The position numbers and the translations under genes are program-made. Positions 22,353 to 36,311 of a DNA stretch of 64,000 nt are shown here, piece by piece. The notes beneath the pieces were generated by a model. It did not search any database and was not told where the DNA came from. It saw only the letters and a program-made list of their open reading frames with translations. This DNA is from Paramecium tetraurelia (lineage: Eukaryota), in the NCBI GenBank assembly GCA_000165425.1, contig CT868263.1, forward strand, positions 1 to 64,000, written 5' to 3'. Within the stretch, counting starts at the first letter, position 1, and each line of letters begins with the position of its first letter.

Positions 22353-23219
22353 TCAAAATATGCCAGATTGTTAATTATGTTTTTTGAAATTATCTCTTTA
22401 GTAATTTGAAATGGGTTATTTCTGAGTGAGTCTTTATTGAGGACTTCGATTTGAGTTAAGTTACAAATAAGGTAGATGTTTTCTTTTATTTCCAAGAGGA
22501 GATAAGATATCAGTTTTTTATCTTGATGAGATTTCAAAAATATTTAAAGATTATTAATGATGTATTAATTTTGGATTTTTAGTTCTTTTTAATTGAAATT
22601 TAGTCAATAATTGGTTATCATTTAAATCCAACTCAATCATTCTTTTTTTTAGATGTCTAAGTTCACTATTTTTGGAGGGGGAGAACTATTCTGTGTACAA
22701 CTTTCTGAATTAATGCCTTTTAATAGTTTTCTTAATTCTAAATTAGTTAGTTGGGGATAATTATTATTTTTTGATCATTTGATAATTTTAGCATTTTACT
22801 TAAAAGTTATTTTGAGTTCCACATTCAGAGCAATCACAACTTTTTCTGTATTTAGATCTTGCATTATTCTCAAAAAGTAAGTGTTAAAAATTAGTGATTG
22901 ATTTACTTCGAAAAAAAAATGATAGATTATGTCCAACTTATTTTTTATGTTTTTGAAGTTCTTATTGATTTTGAAGTTTCTATTGTGTGATATGATTATT
23001 TTTAAGGAAATTGATACAAGTTGAGAGATTCATTTGTGCATATTGAAATAGACTCATTTTTCCACACATTTGACAATAACAACTTTTTCTTCTATGTTAT
23101 TTTTTATATATTTGTGAAGATCTTTCTTCCTCAAACGAGTAATCCTTAAAATGATGACCCTTCCAAATTTCAGTGTTTTATTTTTACCTCCTGATAAAAG
23201 GCACATCGAATTATTACAT
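22353..23219 (-). CDS. Hypothetical protein with two RRxSCxCxxCG motifs
   Basis: RRKSCYCQMCGKMSLFQ and YRKSCDCSECGTQNNFQ in one open frame. Confidence 0.72.
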
Positions 23220-23246
23220 TAATTATAATATATATATGTATATATA

Positions 23247-26200
23247 TCAAGGAGTACTATCTTCTTCAAAATACTACTCCTCATTAATTTCAGATTCTGG
23301 TTTTGGCGGATACTCGTCGAGTGTTTGGATATGAATTTAATTTCCAGCTAGAAATGAAAGAGTGAAATCTTAATCTTGGATAAAGAAATCTGCTAATAAT
23401 TGTTTCACCTTATATTTAGATGATAATATTTACTTAATTGATCTTAACTTTCTCTTCTTCAATTTATTCTTCCTCTTGTTCCTTTTAATCTTCTCCTGCC
23501 TCACTTTAAGGGAATTAGGATCCCTTTTAACTTGGCTCTGGAGCCTATTCAATTTCTTCCTCCTTGCCTATATTTTGAAAATCTTCTTAATTAAGAACCT
23601 TCTCCAATTTTTCACCAATAATTGTGACTACACAATCCTAATTGAAATCATAAGGAACTTAATGGCCTTATTTTTAGGCATGTTAATGTCTATCCTTCTT
23701 TTCTTGATTCATCTCATAAATAAAGAATCCTAGGTCTGTATTTGTGAGGTTGAAAACAGGAACATTAATCTCCTTTGTGGTTTTAACTAAAAAAATAATG
23801 AAGATTATTAATACTATTAATAGGTTCCTTAGGTGGTTCTTCTTTGAGACCTTTCTTGTTACCTTTTCCACCTTTCTTTTCTTTAAGTTTTTCTAATCTC
23901 TCTCTTTCTCTTTCGGCTTCTTCCTCTCTTAATTTCTTTAGTAAAGCAATAGCTTCGAAATCAGGAACTGTTATTTATTTTTAAATATTGTATAATGCAA
24001 GATTGGCATCATCTATCCAAAATAATCTTTGGGCATTTTAGATTTCTTATTTAACAATTTCAATAGTCTTAGGTCCATAATCTAAGAGTATCTTTCCCTC
24101 TTCTAGTTAGATATTGCCTTCAGGTACAAAAGGTGCAATACTGCTAGTGACAATCTAGACATGTTCTTAATTGGCTGGATCATATCCTTCAGGAAGTGTC
24201 GTAATTAAATAATCTTATGGGCAAATTAATCTTGCTTTTGGCTTTGGCTGTTCTGTAAGATGACTGATTCGAGTTAACCTTTAAGGAGGTTTTTCAGTTG
24301 ATTCATCTCTCAGAACATTAAGTAGGTTTTTGATAACCTCTCTAACAGCTTCAGACACAAGATCGCTTTGGATCTCATACATTGTTAAATAGAATGCTAA
24401 TCCCAATTTCCCTAATAAGACTATGGATGAAAGATGTCCAGATAATTAATCAATTGTTAACAGTTTATCACCGCTCAGATCTCCACCTAGAATGAGAGTT
24501 CCATTTCGATCTTAACATCCCATTAGATTATGACATAAAATATGAATATCTTTGGCAATAGCTGATGATAGAATGGTTTAATCTGCATTCATATGGATGA
24601 TTGAAGGGTAGAATCTTGAAAAGAAATTCACTCTGTCTCCTATTATGTAAATATTGCCATAAGGTAATAGGGTTCTGTATGGTGTTTTGGATTCGATGTC
24701 AGGTTCTTCCTCAGAGTAACCAACTTCATCTGGATAGAAGAACAGATTTTCTAATACTAAAACACTATTTTCTTAATAGGTTTGAGTTTCTAATTGTTCA
24801 TCCAAATTTTCAATGATAGCATCATTAAAATAGACAGGACATTCAACATGAGTCTTTAACCATTCGTAAAAGAATTTAGTTGATGATGTAAACTTATACT
24901 TTCCACTTGGATTGTCATAACTTACAAGTAATACAACAATCTTGGCTTATCTTTCCATCAATAGTTTGATAGTGTCAACGCATTCTTAAAGTGTAGCTTA
25001 ATCTAGATGACTTAAATCATAGTTCTTTTATTAGACTTATTAATGATAATTAAATAGTACCTTATACAACTTCAACTTCTTTTTATTTGACTGGTTTACC
25101 TTTGCCTTTTTTCTTAGCTGCTTCTTAAGCCAATCTTTCCTTTTCCAACCTTTCTTCTTCCAATCTCTTATTCTCCTCTTCTTATTCTTTGAGTAATGTT
25201 TATTCAAACTTTTCTTTAAGTTCATAAACATCTGGTCTATTAGCTAGTTTTAGATGGATCTTTAATCCAATTTTCTTTCCTTCAATATCTGAATCTTAAA
25301 TTGTTTTCTTTCTAAGAAGATCATAAAAGTAAGTAGATTAAAATCTTCTCCTTCTAAATACATTCCATTTTAATTCTGGTTTCATCATTGCTCCTACTTA
25401 TAATAATTGTCCATCATTTTCTAATTTGATAGCTGCTTATGCCAATGCATCAGCCACTTTAGCTCCCAATTTAGTTTTATACTCCTCAATCAATTCCTTT
25501 TCCATATCATCATTCCATTTCTTCTTTTTTGCATTCTTCAACCAATTTGCTTTCATTTTATTGAATTCATCCAACTTAGCTTTAGCCTTTTCTGGTGTTA
25601 AATCCTCAGGTTCATGAAAAGTGTATTCCCACATTTGCAATTCCTTACGCATATCCTCGGATAATTGAGGAACTTAATTAGCCACATCCCCTAATAAATC
25701 CTTGACTACACTGTAAATGGGATTTCTAGAGATTGGTACTTTCTTTGCCAACTTAACCCACAATTCCAATTTACGTAATACCAAATCTTTAACCTCTTCT
25801 TCATCTATAGTATGACATGATTATCTTAGCAATTTAACATCTCCATTCCAAGGTATATCTTATTTTAATACTTAACATATTTCATCTGATGAGAAATTAA
25901 AGAAGTTCATAATTTCATGAGTAAACCATAATTATTCACCCAAATTGAGTTCTTCAAATTCGATTTTAAATTATTCAGGATCACTTAGATCTGGTTTAGG
26001 TGGAGGTGGTGTTTTGACTTCTTCAAAGATATCATCAACTATTTCAGTGGCTATTTTCAATGCAAATTTGTTTTTCACTTATTTCTGAAATTCTTTTCTT
26101 CCAATTGTTAATTCATCATCTATAAATGCAATGCCTGTCAATTTCAAATTAGGTAATTAAGTCAAACATGGAGGCTCACATTTCAATTCCCATTCCTCAT

Positions 26201-26836
26201 TAAATACACCTGCTTGTTTTGATAGAAAACTAAACACAAATTTAATTCTTTCTCCTGGTTTGATAACATTTTAATCATGATGACAAAAGAACCTCTCTTC
26301 ATTTATATCTTAGATTGAATTAGGTTATTTCCTTACGCTCTCAATTCTCTTCCACTCATAATAAATAGCCGCACTTCCATTATTTGAAACAACTACATTA
26401 TCATAACCGACTGTTTCAGTTTTAACCAAAAATGATATATGCTCTTTCTTCATTTTCAACTTAACATATAGAATTCGAATTTATACCTAAGGACCCTCTA
26501 CTTCATTCTTCTTCTCCTCCTCATCTAATTCTGAAATTCTACTGATTGGCCCCTTTGGTGTACTGACCCTTGGATCCTATTTATCCTACCCTCTACTAAT
26601 TTAGGATGGCACACCTGATGTAGGCTTCTTCACCATCAATTTAGAACCCATGGATTAACCTGGATTGAATGACTAAGTTAATGAAGAATACATACTCCTC
26701 CTCCTTGTAAATACACTTTCCCATCTAGTCCTGGGACCTAAGAATATAATCTAGATTATTTTTATTATTCATCTGCTTTCTTTCGAATGTAGAATGTCTT
26801 CTTTTTTGGCTAAGTTTGATTCATACTATCGTCCAT
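23247..26836 (-). CDS. MYCBPAP: MYCBP-associated protein-like ciliary protein fused to a degenerate phosphoglycerate-kinase-like domain
   Basis: VVVSNNGSAAIYYEWKR and FSFLSKQAGVFNEEWELKCEP resemble MYCBPAP. The C-terminal half follows PGK motif order: ECVDTIKLLMERQAKIVVL, CGNIYIIGD, ILVEDLSGDKLLTIDQL..VLLGKLG, LLDYGPKTIEIVKQEIQNAQRLFWID. Confidence 0.7.
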
Positions 26837-27466
26837 AATAATAAAATATTATTTTATATTACTCAAGTAATCATTTCATTTGAATTTCTCCAAACCATCA
26901 TCCACTTTCTGCCTATGGACTTCAAACATGCTTCTCAATTCATTATTATTCCAATACTGTCTTTTAACAACTATAAAATGTGATTATAATTATTCAAAGA
27001 AGAAACCACTAAACAATAATTAAATACTTTAGTAAAATTATTTTGATGTACAAATACTACTAATAATCAAATGATTCTATTAAACAAGTTTAAGCATTAG
27101 TGAGGTTATGTCTAGAAAACAATTTTGATGTATTATAAATAGTAAATTATTAAGATCTGCTTTGTTATTGAATACAATGACTGATTTGACTTATTCCCCC
27201 AATTATACACAATTCGTTAAATTAAAGTAAGACTGCTGTTATGAATCACTGTAAGTTTTATTTATTTACATACATCAAAATGAAATAATAATGAGCCTCA
27301 ATAGTATCTATGTAGTATACAATAAAATAAGGTAAACTGTTTAAGCAATAACAATCTTCAAATATCTATCACCTTTTGAGGATCTGATAAGATTCATGTA
27401 TAAATAGTATTATTGATTGATGCCAATTTTGTTTATTCGTTTTTAATATAATATAATATTAATTTT

Positions 27467-29784
27467 ATGAAGGTATAACTAATTAGCCTTCTTCTGTTTT
27501 ATTTGGTTACTTGCAAAAACATACCATTATAATTAGAGATTGGGTTAATTCAATTTGAAGGTCTTTAGCCTGGAAAACTATAATATTAAGTATGACAAAT
27601 TGCAAATGAAAAATAAAGGAAATTTAATTTGATCAGCCATTTATCCGTGTCCCTTAGGTTGCTTTAACAATTAATAGTCTAATGAATCATAATTCTTAAG
27701 TGTACTTCAGCAAGATTTACAATGTGACCACTGATGGTACTCTTTTCCACACTAATTCTAGGATTTACAATGGGAGTTTTGAGTGGAACTGAATAATCCT
27801 TAGAATATCGTTACATGGCTATCGTTGATGATAGAGTCCAAGTGAATTGTCTGAATTTTAAAGTCAAAGAAATTGTGTTCATTCCTTATCTAAAGTATTC
27901 GTATCTAAAATCTCTAGATAGTTTGTCAAAGTACCTAAATCATGGGTTTTCTTAACTGGAGTCAGGTAATAAAGCAACACCTTCTCATTTTAATAAGGTA
28001 TCTGCCATTAATCTACAAATTAGATGTAAGAAATGAGGGAATTATGCTTAAGTTCCAATCCATTGACACTGAAATATTGGGAGTCTGTGTTGTGGCTGGT
28101 GCAATTGATATTCTATAGTCTAAGATTGATGATCTGCCAACATTCTAAGGATACAACCTTATGAAACAGTAGACAGCTCTATCGATCATAGCTTAATCAA
28201 GTTTTATCTGTGAAGATGAATGCTTATTATACTTTAGTAATTCTTATTATAAGTTAGGGAATGATTAAACTAAACAATTAAAAATTAGTACTGAATTTCA
28301 TAATCAACAAGAAAAGCCAACATTATCAAAATTCATACCCTTTAAGAAAGAAAATCCCATTGTTACATAGGAAAAGGTTGAGAATCTTATAGAATAAACT
28401 ATTAAAATAAATAATATTGAATAACCACACACTTCTCATGAGGAGAGTTTAAAAAAGATGATAAATTAATAAATTTAAAATTTGGAAGAATAAATAAATC
28501 ATCCTAATGGAATTAATAGTTTTGATTCGAATCTTAATGAAATGCCATAACAAGAACCTGTTGACAGCGAAAGCGAATCTGAAGACGAAGAAGATGGAAT
28601 TAGCATGACTAGAATTTCAAAACCAATTAATATTGAAGAAGAATTATAGAAATTGGAAAAGATTTCAGAAGATAGAACCAAAAAGATAAACATCATAGAA
28701 TTCAATCCTAAAGAATCCATTAATGTTTCATTTTTATCTAGAAATAATATTGATATGCAAGAAGAAAGCAAAGCTGAAAAACTGATTGAATTAAAATATA
28801 TTGATAGAGCTCCTAAGTTTTCACCTAAGATTTAGTAGATGATTGAAGAAGCAAAGAAGAATATCGAAGTTGAATAGTCAACAACAGATAAAGTAGAATC
28901 TCCAATAAATAACAAACTAACAATTAAAGATTAATTAAAATTAAAGACAGAAAGTTTAATTCAATAGATTGAGAATACTTCGCATATTTCAAAATTCGAT
29001 GATGATACGGACAGAAGTGCTCATAAATAATAATTTACAGTCAATAATAAAATTGAACAATAAACATAAGATATACCTAATCCATCTAAAGAAGAGGAAT
29101 CAAGAATACCTACTCCAAATAATGAGAAAAAACACTCTAAATCACCTATTCTAAATGAATATGATACAATCTTTGCTTAATTTGCTAACAACAATAATAT
29201 AAGATCTGTAAAACCATAATAACATTTTTCTAGTCCATTGATTGAATCAGAAATCAAAATTGAACTCGTTTAAGAGGAATAGCAGATTGAACCTAAACAA
29301 GAATTAAAAATTCTTAATCCAAGAGAAGAAAGACTTTAAAAATATTTGTAAAAAGCTGATGAAGTTGATCTCAACTTCTTAGAAAACATTAAACTTGTTT
29401 CAGAGTAGAGTTAATAACTGGAAGATTAACCAATAGAACAAGAATAAATATAAGAAAATTTTGATTAATCCAATGTATCATATACGGAATAATTAAATAT
29501 GAGAAAAAGTATCTTTATTATTATAAATTATAGATTAAATTCTTTAGGAACTTTAACAGAAATACAATATAAAGGCTTCTCCGATTTAGAGTTTTGAAGA
29601 ATTTAAATTAAAAGTACCTTAAGATCAGTACCCACAAATATTGTATGAGAAATATCTTGAATAATTGAAAAAGCAACAAATAGGAGCCAGCTTTATTGAA
29701 ACCGATCACAATGTAAGATCGGTAGAAAACTCATATCAACTTGAAGCAGCCTATTATGAATGGCATTTATAAAAAAATATATGA
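27467..29784 (+). CDS. Secreted protein with N-terminal H-type-lectin-like repeats and a long acidic low-complexity tail
   Basis: Signal peptide MKVQLISLLLFYLVTC; IQFDQPFIRVPQVALTINSL..NVTTDGFTMGV..YMAI; second repeat VKVPKSWVFLTGV; several small introns. Confidence 0.65.
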
Positions 29785-30667
29785 GTTGATAAATTATCCA
29801 ATCAATTATCAGTATTTTTTAATAAAAATTCTATCATTATATATTAAATCGCCATTTAAAATTATATTAATGTTCTCTATTTACTAATATATATGTAGAT
29901 AACATGTAATATTAATAAGAATTAATCATTATTGCTACTGTTATTTAATCATCCTTAGGGTTATAAAATATCTTTAAAAACAGATTTTTGCACATTAGAA
30001 CAATAACAATATATATATAATTTAGCTATATAGTACTAAAAAAGTAAAAATTGATTATTTTAGTACTTGATAAAAAGAGTCCAAAACTTGCATTCTCTTA
30101 ATAAATCGTAAGTCAGGGGATTTTCTACATGATAATTCAATATTTTACTTGATTCAATTACTTTATAAATTAATTAAATTTCTTTAATTAGTTTTGAATT
30201 GAAAATCAAAGGAAAGCGAAAGCTTGCTTAAATAGATTAAAATATTTAGTAGTAGAGTATTTATATTTAAAAGTAATTTAAGTTATTAATAATATAAACA
30301 AGAACGGAGAAAGGATGAAACAAACAAAAATGATGAATCATGCACAAATTTTAAATCACAGAGCAATGGGATATTTACATTTGATTATGATATGATTATG
30401 TTTTAATGAGATTGTTAGATGTGAAATTATAACCAGATTTGAAAATGAGTATAAATATCATAAAATATTTATTCAAATAATTTTATTGGATGAAACTAAG
30501 TACGTTCAATTAAAGTAATTAAAGACTGTTTTCCTATTGATAAAATGTGTGAAGAAATTGGTAAAAAATTAATAAACTTTAATTTTCAATATAAAACACT
30601 TTGCTACTCAAATTCTCAACGCTGTAGTTAATAATGAATTAATAATACAGTATTTTATATTTTATTA

Positions 30668-32357
30668 ATGCAAACCGAGAGAAGGGAAGGAAAACTAGCT
30701 GGTAGTTGCGAGATGGAGGATTTGATTAGTAACGTTTAGTATGTTATTGTTAAAGTATACCCTTTCGAGGTGGTAAATCACCATTTTAATAATTTTGTTG
30801 AAAACTCAAAGGAGTTTTAAGAGACAAGAGATTAGCTGGCAAGGATAGGTTCCAATCTTCGTTTAAAAGTAGACGATTGGCCATCAATCGAGGAAGCAAA
30901 AATCTTATTTTAATTAAATATGTATAAGAATTGATCAACCTAAATAAAGTTAGAATGCTAGGAGAAGAAGCGTAAAATGGAATGATTAAGATAAAAGATT
31001 ATTTTATTGGGTGGTTATCAGATATTGTTTATTAAAAGAAATCAATTAACTTGTAATTAAATTATTCTTAAAACAAAGACACCTGTGGAATGGAGAGACA
31101 TAGCAAAAATGACTATCGGTCGGAATGCTCATTAATGTAGATTGAAATGGGAACAGAAATATAAAATTTCACTTTCGGAGGCTCCATGGACAGAGGAAGA
31201 GGATTAACTATTGTAATAGGTGCATGAGTATGAATTCAGCAATATCTTAAAGAGAATTTAGTAGATTGGGAAAGGAGAACAAATGGTCTCAAATTGCCAG
31301 AGAAATATACAAGAGATCTCCTAATAAAATATTCAGATAGCCTAAGCAATGCAGAGAGAGATGGATTAATAGGTTAGATCCTAACATTTGCAAGTAATGA
31401 GATGATTAAATTTGAAGTGAGCCTTGGTCAAAATAATAAGAAATAGATCTTCTGAAGACCATTTTAATAAGAGGAAAGAAATGGTCTGAATTGTCTGCCC
31501 TTTATGGGAGAGTGAGAACAGAGAATTCTCTTAAGAATAAGTACAATTCGCTTTTAAAAAAAGAGAAATTAAAATATGAATTTGAAACGATTAATCCATA
31601 ATTATTTTCAAAGGTGTAGAAATTAAGAATGGATTATGCAAATAAGTATGGTAAAATAACACCCATTGAAGAGATTGACAATTACGAATGGTAGTTTATA
31701 GTATTGGCAATCTAAAGTTTATATATTGATTTATGTGTTTCAGAAGGTAAGTATTAGGAAGCATAGAAAATAAAGAATGATGATTTTTTTGATTTATTTC
31801 ATAATGATTTAACTTCAAGTAATAAGAACGATGTCTTATACAAAAAGTTATTGAATATTAAAAGAGTGGACAATCAATTCTCTGTTGAGAATGATAGATC
31901 AGGCGTTGTACTTTTTAATAAGAAAACTAAAAAGCTATTTATATCTCCATTTAATACTTTGGATTTTCAAGGTTTGATCTTGAAGCATATCTACAAACAA
32001 ATAAAAACAGAGGAGAATAACAACAGTAAATGTTCTACTCTCACTTAATCTGACCACAATATGTTTATGATGTAAAAATCAATTGATGATATCAATCGCT
32101 AAAGTACAATGCAACCATTATTGTTATTGGCCAATTAACCATCATTTATGATGCCTTTGGGATAGAGCATGATAAATAGTTATTGGTTGCCACCTGTATT
32201 GCCATGTATGTCCCAATCTATTGGGGGTTATCAACATTAACAAAAGAACATTCAAGAATAAGTGGTTTAGAAAATTAAAGAAGTTAATAAGGCAGCAGAT
32301 TTTGATGATTTGTTTGGTAATGATATCAAAGTTGTAGATTCTGATGGAGAAAAATGA
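30668..32357 (+). CDS. Myb-repeat transcription factor
   Basis: WRDIAK..GRNAHQCRLKW, PWTEEEDQLL..KWSQIA..RQPKQCRERWINRLDP, PWSKQQEIDLL..GKKWSEL..RTENSLKNKYNSL. Confidence 0.92.
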
Positions 32358-32404
32358 TAAATTTATGATCGTTAATCTTTTATTTTAAATAATTATATAT
32401 TTTT

Positions 32405-34346
32405 ATGTCCTCCAAGGATGAAGAACTTGAGGAGATGCTTATGAGATATGAGAATCTTGAGAAGCACAATTAAGTATTGCAAACTCAAAATTTCAATTTG
32501 ATGGATCAATTACAAATTCTGTAACAAGTATGCGGAATCCTTATAATATTAAGAATGCTAAGTAATTGGAAACAGAAAACAATGAATTGATTGATTAAAT
32601 TGAGAATTTAAAGAATGATTTACGAACTCAATTTTAGCTTAGTCAAAGTTTGAGATAAGAGAATGAATTCTTTGAAAATTAATTGCAAGATTATAGAAAG
32701 GAATTGGAATAAGGAGGCCAATACTATCATAAATTACTAGAAGACAATGACTAATTTAAAACACATCTCTAGCAAAAAAACTAATAAATTGAATATTTGA
32801 CTCAAGAAAATAATATGTATAAAGATTAAATGCTTCAATTATAAGAGGAAAATGATTTGATTACATAAGAAATAAGTAATTTGCAGGATTTGCTGAATCA
32901 GAATGAACTCTATCATCAAGATCCTATAAATCTCTAAAATTCTGATTAAAAGAAAAACAAAAAATAAAGTAGAAGGTAAATTAAAGAATTAGAGAGATTA
33001 GTAATCAAAAGAGAATAAGAATTAAGTCACTTATATGGTAAAATGGAGGATATGAAAAATTATATTACACAAATCAAACTTCAATCTGATAAATATGAAT
33101 AAAATTTATAACAACTATATAAAGATTATTAACAAATGGAGGCAGAAAGAAATAAGTATGCTCACAAAATTGATTAAATGCAAAATTATAATGAGAGATA
33201 TTCAACTCTATAGTAATAGTTATAAAACTAGGAGAAGCATAAAACTAAAGAATATCATTCATTAAAAAACTAGTATGATCAATTATAAATGCATAATTTG
33301 TAGTATTAATAATAGATGTAAACTATTAATGATGAATATGGAAAGTTATCATAATAATGTATAGATTTATAAGAGTTAAATGAGTAATATATGCAAGAAT
33401 CCTAAATCCTAAAAGATTCCTTAATTGAGAAAGATCAGAAACTCGAAAGAATGTAATTACAACTTCAACAACTATAATAGAAAGATCTTTAAATCTAATA
33501 ATAAATGCGAGAATAAAATTAGCAGATCAAAGAATTTTAAAATAATAAATAAGAATTTTAAAGTTAAATAATATAATTGTAAAGAGACAATTAACAATTT
33601 TGTAATTAGATAAATATTGTGAAAGAATAATAATCCAAAGAACTTAAGGAACATCTCAATATATAGGAGCAATCAAAAAAGGAAAAGCAAACATTAATAG
33701 ATAGAATCAAAATGCAAGATGAAAAAATATAGGAAATGGAAATCAAGTATAAGAACATTGAAATACATTTGAAATAAGTAGAAGAAGAAAGATTGTATAG
33801 AGTTTAAGCCGAATAGTATTATTTTATATATTTTAGATCTTTTGAGGAAGTCTCACAATAATGTATGTAATTATAAGATTAAAATAGAGATCTACTTAGA
33901 TAAGTAGCTAATCTTGAGAATGAATTATAAAGATGTGAAGATGAGTTAAAGCAACTCAAAAAACCTAATAAAAAGTATTTATATGGATTAATACAAGTTC
34001 TTAGAATTTCGATAAAACTACCTAGTAATTGATTCTAAAAGATAGGGAAATCTTACATCTCTAATCAGTCGTCGAGAGATTGGAGGGTATGAATAGACAG
34101 CTGCAATAAGAATGTGATAGATTGGCTGCTAAAATTTAATTAACATCACATGAAAATTCATTATTGAGTAAGACCAATAGAGAAATTAATTAAATGGGTC
34201 GTTTAATTTTAGAAGGTTAATAGATAAAAGAAATGTTAGAAAAGAAAAAATATGAAAAACCATTAACTATTACTAATAATAAAGCACCTTAAGTGATTCA
34301 ATAATTATAATAACATAGCAGAAGACCTTCTGTTAAGAAATCTTGA
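32405..34346 (+). CDS. Long coiled-coil protein
   Basis: Heptad-rich Q/E/L/K frame with several small introns; ends KKS-TGA. Confidence 0.75.
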
Positions 34347-34404
34347 AAATTTCAATTAGTTTGATTTATATTTATATAAGTATAACTTTTTCATGATTTT
34401 TTGT

Positions 34405-35126
34405 TCAAAATAATTGAAGATTAAATTTTATTGATTTCAGGCTCTTCATTGATATTTTAAAGTTCCTATTATCCAAATGATATAAAGCTGATTGGTTATT
34501 GATTGTAGATTTCAGAAGTTGCTTAATATTCAGAAGGTAGAATTTACGAGTTTCTGATTAATATATAAAATGATACCTCTAGGTTTCAATTAATCTTTAG
34601 CTAAATATAGGAAAGTTGAGAATCTCAGATTGAACAATAGAATTTTATATGGTTTTCTCTAAATCCATCTCTGAGTTTAGAATAATAGAACTTCTATTCA
34701 AAATTGGTTCACAGTTTAATTAAGCTTCAAATCTTTTTAAACTATTCAAATAACGAACTTGAGGCTTGTCAATTCCTAGGCAATCAGTCATCACCTACCC
34801 TTTTATTTTTATACTATTACATACAAAGCTGAATCGAAATCAAATTTTTTGTCTATAAAATATGCACACACTATTGCATTTGCTAAACCATCAGAAGAGT
34901 AATTTATTTGAACATCGCTCTTTTAAATTTATAAGTCTATTTATTTGATAGAGCTTTCGTAAATGGAAATGTAATCAACATTGTTATCAACAAATGAGAA
35001 GGATTTTGGTTGTATTTATACAGACTTATTATGGAGCCTTTTGTATTCCGTTCGCATATAGTAAAAGCAAAATATACCCTTCTAATACATCGGTACATCT
35101 TCTCTTAGAATCATGGATGATATCAT
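34405..35126 (-). CDS. Hypothetical protein, possibly a degenerate dual-specificity phosphatase fold
   Basis: VQINYSSDGLANAIVCAYFIDKKFDFDSALYV..GIDKPQVRYLNSLKRFE follows the DSP C-terminal pattern but lacks HCxxGxxR; one intron of about 26 nt. Confidence 0.45.
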
Positions 35127-35198
35127 ATTAAATATTTTTAATTTATTAAAATACTTTATTGATCATTTTAATTATTATTATTGAACATCATAATGAAA

Positions 35199-36026
35199 TC
35201 ACTCCATTTACTTTTCTTTTTTGAAGTATTAAAATTATTGTTTTTATTCTTCCTTTCTTAACTTTCTTTATTGAATTGCTCTCTCATTAATTTTTTCCAT
35301 ATACTCACTAAATGAAATAGCTTTCTCTTCACCATCTTTGTTTTTCTCCTCATCTCCAAAAATAGCATGTATTTCTGAATCCAAGCATTGTCTCCCAAAT
35401 CTAACATACAAGAGTTCTAAAGTGTCCTAATTTGGAAATTGATAAGTGTACTTCAACTGTTACTCTTGGATCTTTCCTATCTGGAGGTAAATACATCAAG
35501 AATTAAATCATATGGAACAAACTCTTAGGTTCAAGGCCTGTCTTATCGATTGTACATTTCTTGTACATATTCAAAAATTCAGTCCAACTAACTTTCCCAT
35601 CTAAATTTTCATCAACTTCCTAGATTTATCATAAATGCTATAGTTTTACCCATAACATAAGATCTATTTCTGACTTGGTAAGTGATACACCTAAAAATCT
35701 AAGCATTTTATCAATATCTTTTGCATCAAAGTAATCGACATCCTTTTTTTTAAGCATTTAGAATACTCTAAAGTTAACAATTAAGATTACTTTTCTAACT
35801 ACTTTTTTTCACTTGCTTTGATTTCTATGCCTTCCAATTTTTATTCAATTGGTTACTCTTTTTCAATCTTTTTCTGTTTCATTCTTTGTACATCAACTTA
35901 GAGATTAGCCTTAGGAATTTACGGTTTGGGAAGTATTCCCATAGCAGCATATCGTTCTTTCATTGAAGAAGGTAATAGATTTAAGTCTATTTTGTTACCT
36001 TTTTTCTTCTTTTTTTCATCATCCAT
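35199..36026 (-). CDS. EF-hand calcium-binding protein
   Basis: FDAKDIDKMLRFLG..EIDLMLW|EVDENLDGKVSWTEFLNMY, GLEPKSLFHMIQFLMY, ISFSEYM. Confidence 0.85.
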
Positions 36027-36311
36027 TTTTGTAATATTAATTATAATTACATTAATATATATGAACAAAATTGTGTAGATTATTCATCTATTCTCAATAA
36101 TAAATATATATATTTTCTATAAAAGACATCTGAGAAATATTATGAAGTTATTATATACAATACATTATAATAAGCATTATTAAATTAAATGAAAATAACA
36201 ATTTGACATTCTAGAGTTTAATTTCATGAGTAAATAGAGGGTGCTTGAAATTAAACATGAAGATTTTATTTGATTTATTAACATTATATTGTATTATTAA
36301 CAACAAATAAT

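Noticed and set aside
30330..30450. Box C-like ATGATGA in intergenic DNA (also near 3826 on - and 48757 on +), possible snoRNA
   Set aside because: No box D (CTGA) or terminal stem at a suitable distance.
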